From assembly GCA_964519305.1 (NCBI GenBank), contig CAZFHY010000020.1, positions 1-21,732 on the forward strand: DNA of 21,732 nt. Direction: 5' to 3'. Below are positions 16,415 through 21,732 of the stretch, piece after piece (the stretch's first letter is position 1; the number at the start of each line of letters is the position of its first letter). The notes beneath the pieces were generated by a model. That model searched no databases and was not told the origin of the DNA. It worked only from the letters and a program-made list of their open reading frames with translations. A program made the translations under genes and the position numbers. This DNA is from Candidatus Undinarchaeota archaeon. GTDB taxonomy: Archaea; SpSt-1190; JASMDC01.

Positions 16415-17308
16415 TTAAGAAGGTTGCTCTTCCGGAGCGCCCTCAATGAGCCGGCGTGGACGGTCGACCACCATCCTCGCAAGCTCGTCCTCGGGAACCC
16501 CGGCCACGGCCAGCTCTTGGCAATACCGGGCGAGCGCGTCGGGGGAAAGGGGATTCCCGACCTGCCCGGTGTCGCTGACCAACACCCACTTGGCGTCGGG
16601 CAACGCTGCTACAGCGCTGGCCACTTGCGCGGGAGTCGTGGCGCGAGCAAGCGGCGACACGGAGTAGTAGGAGAGCTCGAACCAGGTCCGGTCATCGATG
16701 AGCTCCCGGACCTCGTCGATGGAGAGCGAGGGAACTGTGAAGAACACGTGGTCAACGAGCAGCTGTAGGGATGGTCGCTCCTCACGTGCGTAGCCGTGGA
16801 TGGCCAAGACCTCCCGAGGTGAAAGGTGTCCGGTAGCGAGGACGGCGCCCCGGTCGGCCACCAGGTCTATGACAGTGCGCGCTTCGGGCAGTAGTTCGCC
16901 TGAACGGTCGAGCACTGTAAGGCCCTTTCCAGCGCCGAGAGAAGCATGGCTCGCATGGGCTGACGACATGGCCTTTCCAGCGAACCGCTCGACATGGTGC
17001 CTTGCATGTATGGTAGGTAGCCAGACGATGCGTCCGCCGAGGGCAAGAGCGCACTCTACGGTGGATGGGTTCAGGCCACCTGTGAAGTTGTTGAGCGTGA
17101 CGCCCCCGTACACCTCGATGTCCGTGTACCGCTCACGAGCGAGCGCTGCGACCTCGACGCTGCTCCCGTGGTGGGACTTGAGCACGACGCCCCCCATACC
17201 GGCGTCCCTGCACAATCGGACCAGCTCGAACGCATCGGCGGCACGCGGGAAGAGGCTGGGGGCCGCATGGACATGGATGTCCCACGCGCCCTCCAACAGG
17301 CCTTTCAC
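16415..17308 (-). CDS. DUF6282-like amidohydrolase-fold (TIM barrel) protein
   Basis: DIHVH..PS..PR, GM.GVVLKSH, GG.TLN..GGLNP, VWLPT, LATGHLS and SDTGQ motifs. Overlaps the upstream GATase by 4 nt (GTGA). Confidence 0.8.
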   Translation of the reverse strand: MKGLLEGAWDIHVHAAPSLFPRAADAFELVRLCRDAGMGGVVLKSHHGSSVEVAALARERYTDIEVYGGVTLNNFTGGLNPSTVECALALGGRIVWLPTIHARHHVERFAGKAMSSAHASHASLGAGKGLTVLDRSGELLPEARTVIDLVADRGAVLATGHLSPREVLAIHGYAREERPSLQLLVDHVFFTVPSLSIDEVRELIDDRTWFELSYYSVSPLARATTPAQVASAVAALPDAKWVLVSDTGQVGNPLSPDALARYCQELAVAGVPEDELARMVVDRPRRLIEGAPEEQPS

Positions 17309-17943
17309 GCACGCATCCCTCCTTGCAGGACCAATCGCTCGAAGTTCCTGAGCAGCTGTCCGGAGCTCTCCATACCGGGGAGGTCCTCGGCGTTCTCGAG
17401 ATGCAGCTGTGAGCCGTAGACCGGCCGCGTGCTGTGCCGCATCAGCGCCACGGGACAGAGCTCGGTGCTGGCGAGGAGCACGAAGCTCTCGGGCAGGGTG
17501 ATCGTATCCCGGTGATGGGCACAGGACATGAAGCTGGGCTTCCCCTCACGGTCCTCGAGCTCAACATCAGTGAAGAGCGGGTCCTGGACGCCTTCCTCTG
17601 TCACGAACACAGGGTAGAGACCGAGCGGTTCGGCATCATTACGTCGGAGGTCGGCACCGAATAGGAGCCCAATCACCTGATGACCCCCACAGATACCGAT
17701 GAGGGGGACCTCTAAGTCGGAAATCCAGCCGAAGTTATCATGCACTGCCTCCCGTGTATGCGAAGGATCAGTAACGGGCTGGCCGGACAGCACGATGCCG
17801 TCGACATCATCGAGAGCACGAACGTCGGACCAGTGGACAACGGACACGGGGCTGGCGAACGCTCTGCGGAACGGCTCGACGTACCGGAGCTCATGCTTGT
17901 CGAAGGCAAGGTTCACCACGATGATGCCCGTCCGATTCGCCAC
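17305..17943 (-). CDS. Type 1 glutamine amidotransferase (GuaA-A-like, stand-alone)
   Basis: DGIVLSG, PLIGICGGHQ (catalytic Cys), H.D and YGSQLHLE (His-x-Glu). Confidence 0.88.
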   Translation of the reverse strand: MANRTGIIVVNLAFDKHELRYVEPFRRAFASPVSVVHWSDVRALDDVDGIVLSGQPVTDPSHTREAVHDNFGWISDLEVPLIGICGGHQVIGLLFGADLRRNDAEPLGLYPVFVTEEGVQDPLFTDVELEDREGKPSFMSCAHHRDTITLPESFVLLASTELCPVALMRHSTRPVYGSQLHLENAEDLPGMESSGQLLRNFERLVLQGGMRA

Positions 17944-18046
17944 GGACCGGCCAGCCCCCGTTCACGGTTATATGTGTTATCTTGCCCCCCGTGACACACC
18001 ATACCATGGAAACCCTTATTAACCACCTGTCGTGCCGGGCATCGTG

Positions 18047-18616
18047 ATGCGGGACGTGGACACGCTCCTTGATGAGATGGACTCCCACGACTGGGACGCC
18101 GTCAAGGACTACTCCCATCCCGGGTACGAGGCCGCGGCCCCGAAGCGGTTCAAGGAGGACATCGAGCGGTACGGCCTAGAGCTGAACGGCTCGGTCCTCG
18201 ACGTGTGCTCCGGTCCGGTGTCACTTGCCTCCGTGTACGACGATGTGGTGGCCACCGATATAGATCCGAGCATGGTCAAGAACATGCGCGAGCATGGGAC
18301 CCGGGCGATCATCGCCGACATGCGCGACCTGCCCTTCGATCCCGACTCATTCGACTACGCGGTGAGCTTCTGGCCGCCAATGGCCATATACGAGGACAAG
18401 GCCCAAGGCGTAGAGGACTTCATCGAGGACCTCTTCACCATCGCACGTGAAAAAGTGATCCTCCAGTCGTCACCCATGTCACGCTACCTTCCGGAGCGGT
18501 TCAACGACTATCTCGAGTCCAGCGACGGGCGGATGATCGTGTACGATGTGGCCGCTTATAAACAGGACATGGCTGCAGAAGAAGCGCTGAACGACGTCTA
18601 CGGAATGGTCGCTTGA
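18047..18616 (+). CDS. Class I SAM-dependent methyltransferase
   Basis: VLDVCSGP, ATDID..MV and IADMRDLPF..DSFD motifs. TTATTAA at 18016-18022 favours a start at 18044/18047 over 18032. Confidence 0.85.
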   Translation: MRDVDTLLDEMDSHDWDAVKDYSHPGYEAAAPKRFKEDIERYGLELNGSVLDVCSGPVSLASVYDDVVATDIDPSMVKNMREHGTRAIIADMRDLPFDPDSFDYAVSFWPPMAIYEDKAQGVEDFIEDLFTIAREKVILQSSPMSRYLPERFNDYLESSDGRMIVYDVAAYKQDMAAEEALNDVYGMVA

Positions 18617-18743
18617 TAGAAGAACCACTCAATTCGTTTAGAGCAGTTACTACCACTCCCACCTCGTAAAACATGCGTTTTTCAGAAAAATTTATATTCG
18701 GGGACAGCCACAGAACCCGCGGGACGGATAGGGGTACGTACGA

Positions 18744-19091
18744 ATGGTACCGTTACTAAGAGCCAGGAGAGGATGCGGAGGCCTCCCCATAGACGAGGCC
18801 TTCTACGTAATCCTCATCCTCATCTTCGTGTTCGGTTACGAACCCTATGACGCCATGATGCTCACGGGGCGCATCGGCTACTGGACCTTCGTATCATTGG
18901 TAGGCCCCTTGGTCCTGTTCCTTCTATTCTTCCTCTCCTACGACGGCGGGCCCATCGGCGGCGAGCGGGAGGACTGGTGGGCACCGTACGCAAGCCAGGT
19001 CAACCATCGCATGGGGATCGAGCGTCTTAACGCCATGAACTTCGGCGGTCAGGACCATGACCACCATCACGGCTGCTCGCACAACCATTAG
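18744..19091 (+). CDS. Two-TM membrane protein with His-rich tail, paralog 1 of 3
   Basis: RRG N-terminal motif, two hydrophobic segments, PIGG..WW..YA.QV motif, tail HDHHHGCSHNH. Own BRE/TATA GAAAAATTTATA at 18685-18696. Confidence 0.88.
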   Translation: MVPLLRARRGCGGLPIDEAFYVILILIFVFGYEPYDAMMLTGRIGYWTFVSLVGPLVLFLLFFLSYDGGPIGGEREDWWAPYASQVNHRMGIERLNAMNFGGQDHDHHHGCSHNH

Positions 19092-19177
19092 GTGACTGGC
19101 CCCCCGGACCCCGGGGAAACGTTTTTAAACCCGTTCTAGCTCTGGCCATTCACTCCCCCCAGGAGGAAGGAACCACC

Positions 19178-19525
19178 GTGAGGCTGTTACAGAGCAAACG
19201 TGGCCAGGGCGTCGCAGGTCCCGTGGACGAGATCCTTTTATTCGTCCTCATCCTGATCTTCGTGTTCGGCTACTCACCGATGGAGGCTATGTCACTCACG
19301 GGACGCATCAGCTACTGGGTGTTCGTGCTGTTCCTGGCCCCGATCGCGGCCGTGTTCCTTTCGCACCTACTCTTCGATCCCGAGCCCATCGGCGGCGACC
19401 ACGACCATTGGTGGGACGGTTACGCGCGACAGGTGCACGTGACGGCCGGTACCGAGAACCTCAACAAGCTCACCATCACCGAGGCGAGACACCCCGACCA
19501 TCACTATGCCTATCGCACCCTATAG
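19178..19525 (+). CDS. Two-TM membrane protein with His-rich tail, paralog 2 of 3
   Basis: KRGQ N-terminal motif and the same conserved blocks. SD AGGAGG; TTTTTAAA at 19122-19129. Confidence 0.88.
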   Translation: MRLLQSKRGQGVAGPVDEILLFVLILIFVFGYSPMEAMSLTGRISYWVFVLFLAPIAAVFLSHLLFDPEPIGGDHDHWWDGYARQVHVTAGTENLNKLTITEARHPDHHYAYRTL

Positions 19526-19576
19526 GTCGTCGTCCGAAAGCTATTTAACCCCCGTCAGGATATCTTCTAGTGGGAG

Positions 19577-19939
19577 ATGGGTGTAACGCGAGACCTGCTT
19601 CGTGCACGGAGAGGGCACGGCCCCGCCGGGCCTTTCGACGAGATCGTTCTATTCATCCTTATCCTCATTCTAGTATTCGGCTACACACCGCTGGAGGCCC
19701 TGAACCTCACAGGGGAGATCAGCTACTGGACCTTCGTCGCGATCGTCGCGCCCATATGCCTCCTCTTCGTCGCCTACCTGGCGTACGACTCTGAGCCTAT
19801 CGGCGGCGAGCGGGACGATTGGTGGGATTCGTACGCGAGCCAGGTGAACCAGCGACACGGGATCGAGCGCATCAACAAGGTGACGCTCACCGAGGGCAGC
19901 AAGCACCATGAGTGTGACGACGATCATCATCACCACTGA
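19577..19939 (+). CDS. Two-TM membrane protein with His-rich tail, paralog 3 of 3
   Basis: RRGH N-terminal motif, the same conserved blocks, tail HHECDDDHHHH. GAAAGCTATTTAA at 19536-19548. Confidence 0.88.
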   Translation: MGVTRDLLRARRGHGPAGPFDEIVLFILILILVFGYTPLEALNLTGEISYWTFVAIVAPICLLFVAYLAYDSEPIGGERDDWWDSYASQVNQRHGIERINKVTLTEGSKHHECDDDHHHH

Positions 19940-19973
19940 TAACTTGGCCCGAGGTCGTCCTGAATTGCGCGTT

Positions 19974-20579
19974 TCACCCGCCTGATATCTTTCCCGAGCA
20001 GATCGCCCGTTGGGAATGTTCACCAACGGCCCCCAGCACATCGTAGGTCACCCGTACCTTCGATGTGTACTGGCTACCCCCATGGAGGTCCGTGGCGCCG
20101 TTGCCCACGTCCTCTACAGAGAACATGACTTGCGAGGACTCCATCACGAGCTGTGCCTGGCAACCGCTCGTAGGATCGCCCTCGATATTATAGAAAGAGC
20201 AATCGATACCACGCTCCGACCACTTCACCTCGGTACCGTCGGGATACTCGACGAACATATCGGTCACCCGGATCACCCCTACCACCGTGTTGAGCAGGTG
20301 GAGGTCGAACCGGCTCTCGCGGTCGTTCCCGTCCGGATCGTCGATGGGGAGGTTCCATGTCCCGGGCTCGCGGGTGGCCACGAGGAGATGGTCCTTGTAT
20401 TGGAGCCGGTCGAATCCCACGCACGACGTCTTCATGTAGGAGAGCGGATTGAAGAAGCCCATGGAGTAGAGTGCGGCGCTAGCGATGGCGATGATGAGGA
20501 ACGCCCACCCATATGTCCCAAGGAATTCCATCCCGGCCTGACCGGATGAAGAACGGACAAGCCGATACCGGGCTACCAC
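19974..20579 (-). CDS. Archaeal type IV pilin-like protein (class III signal peptide, MEFL-TYGW type)
   Basis: G|QAGMEFLGTYGWAFLIIAIASAALYSMGFFNP with Glu at +5; four Cys; Y...V.VTY C-terminal strand; TATATA ~26 nt upstream. Confidence 0.85.
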   Translation of the reverse strand: MVARYRLVRSSSGQAGMEFLGTYGWAFLIIAIASAALYSMGFFNPLSYMKTSCVGFDRLQYKDHLLVATREPGTWNLPIDDPDGNDRESRFDLHLLNTVVGVIRVTDMFVEYPDGTEVKWSERGIDCSFYNIEGDPTSGCQAQLVMESSQVMFSVEDVGNGATDLHGGSQYTSKVRVTYDVLGAVGEHSQRAICSGKISGG

Positions 20580-20640
20580 AGAAGAGGAGATATCGCTCTT
20601 CGACTATATAGGTAACGTATAGGGCATAAGGACGTGTACA

Positions 20641-21732
20641 TCACACGATGTCCAGGTCGTTGATGTGCCAGTTCGAGGTCCAGATGTGTTCTGCGGTCCA
20701 CGAACCGCTGTCATAGTGGTGGACATGGACCTTCTTGTCCTTGCCCGCGGAGATTATGTCGCCGTCGCCGTCGTTGTCGACGTCATAGGCGTTCACCGAG
20801 ATGGCGTACACCGAACCGGTGGCCTGATAGATGATGCTCTGCTGGAAGCTGGAGGCACCGCCCAGGTTACGGTGGAAGAGCACACGCTTGGCCTCGTCAC
20901 CGGTCACGATATCGAGCTGGCCGTCCTCGTCCACGTCGGTCACGTCCAGCGTCCGGATGTTCCCTCCAAGAGTGGCGAGGGTAGTGCTGCTCCACGAGGA
21001 GCCTCCTCCGCCGTTGGAGATGTAGTAAAGCTGTTTGTTCTTGCCGCCAGCAACGATATCGATCCCGTTCTGGCCGTTCAGGTCGCCTATGTCGACGGCG
21101 TAGATGTCCTTGGTGTAGTGAGCAACCAGGGTCGATGTCCACGAGCCGGACCCGCCGGGGTTTATATGGACATAGACGTCCCCCTTGTTGTCCCCGGTGA
21201 CTATGTCCAGGTCACCGTCACCGTCCACATCGCCTTGTGTGATGTCGTTGTAGGCCCGTGGCGCCAGTTGTGCCACCGTGACCGGGTCCCAGGTCGTGCC
21301 CTGGTGGTCTGCGTTGAGGAAGAGTAACACGTTCCCGCCCTCGTCAGCATAGGCTATGTCGGCATAGTTATCACCATCGTAGTCGAACACCGAGATGGCG
21401 CTCACCGCCGATGGCAGGCTATCCCACATGGTCGTGGTCCACGAGGTGCCCCAGCCGTACGAGGTGTCCTTGTGTAGGTATAGCTTCTTGGTGGATGAGC
21501 CCGATACTATGTCCCGGTAGCCGTCACCGTCGAAGTCACCGGTGGCCACGGCCTTGATGATGTTGTTGGGTGAGTCGACGAGAGTCTCCTCCCACACAGT
21601 GCCATCGCCGTTGACGTTCCGGAGGACGTTGACCTTGCCACCGGTGTCCACGGTGACGATTCCGACTGCACCGACGGGCGCAGGCGTTGGCCGGGGCGTG
21701 GCGGTCGGGGTTGGCGTAGGCGTCGGGGTTGG
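20641..21732 (-). CDS. FG-GAP/VCBS-type beta-propeller surface protein, 5'-truncated at the window edge, preceded by a Pro/Thr linker
   Basis: Six D-x-D/N-x-D-x-x-x-D-I-h repeats (one with Q at the third acidic position). The frame stays open to 21732 and reads PTPTPTPTPTATPRPTPAP. Confidence 0.9.
   Translation of the reverse strand, partial: PTPTPTPTPTATPRPTPAPVGAVGIVTVDTGGKVNVLRNVNGDGTVWEETLVDSPNNIIKAVATGDFDGDGYRDIVSGSSTKKLYLHKDTSYGWGTSWTTTMWDSLPSAVSAISVFDYDGDNYADIAYADEGGNVLLFLNADHQGTTWDPVTVAQLAPRAYNDITQGDVDGDGDLDIVTGDNKGDVYVHINPGGSGSWTSTLVAHYTKDIYAVDIGDLNGQNGIDIVAGGKNKQLYYISNGGGGSSWSSTTLATLGGNIRTLDVTDVDEDGQLDIVTGDEAKRVLFHRNLGGASSFQQSIIYQATGSVYAISVNAYDVDNDGDGDIISAGKDKKVHVHHYDSGSWTAEHIWTSNWHINDLDIV

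Noticed and set aside
21670-21732. Short GGCGT/GGGGT-type repeats at the window end
   Set aside because: They encode the Pro/Thr linker of the FG-GAP protein and are not an independent repeat element.

Overview
Chromosomal window from a GC-rich archaeon. The archaeal assignment rests on BRE/TATA promoters, GGAGGT/GAGGTGA Shine-Dalgarno sites, class III signal peptides, an archaeal-type CoaD and TrmB; I cannot name the lineage. Recognisable genes are the grpE-dnaK-dnaJ operon, aroD, coaD, an NAD-dependent epimerase, HAD and calcineurin-like phosphoesterases, a TPR protein, a DUF1989 protein, a signal-less subtilase, TrmB, a GATase plus DUF6282-like pair, a SAM methyltransferase, two pilin-like proteins and a 5'-truncated FG-GAP propeller protein. 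Two loci are not explained by standard annotation. (1) The apparent intergenic gap at 12018-12832 holds a TATA promoter and a ~270-nt leader that folds by eye into a three-way junction plus a T-tract hairpin with an alternative pairing. It then encodes two tandem 45-aa paralogous microproteins (conserved ends, variable middle, mostly synonymous divergence), followed by three GC-rich hairpins. A possible third, diverged copy lies at 4562 on the minus strand, in front of a membrane-anchored wHTH regulator. (2) 18744-19939 holds three tandem paralogous two-TM proteins with class III-like N-termini and His/Cys-rich tails, next to a pilin and an adhesin-like gene. No tRNA, rRNA, CRISPR array or mobile element was seen. 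All calls are from visual motif recognition and hand alignment; no searches were run.
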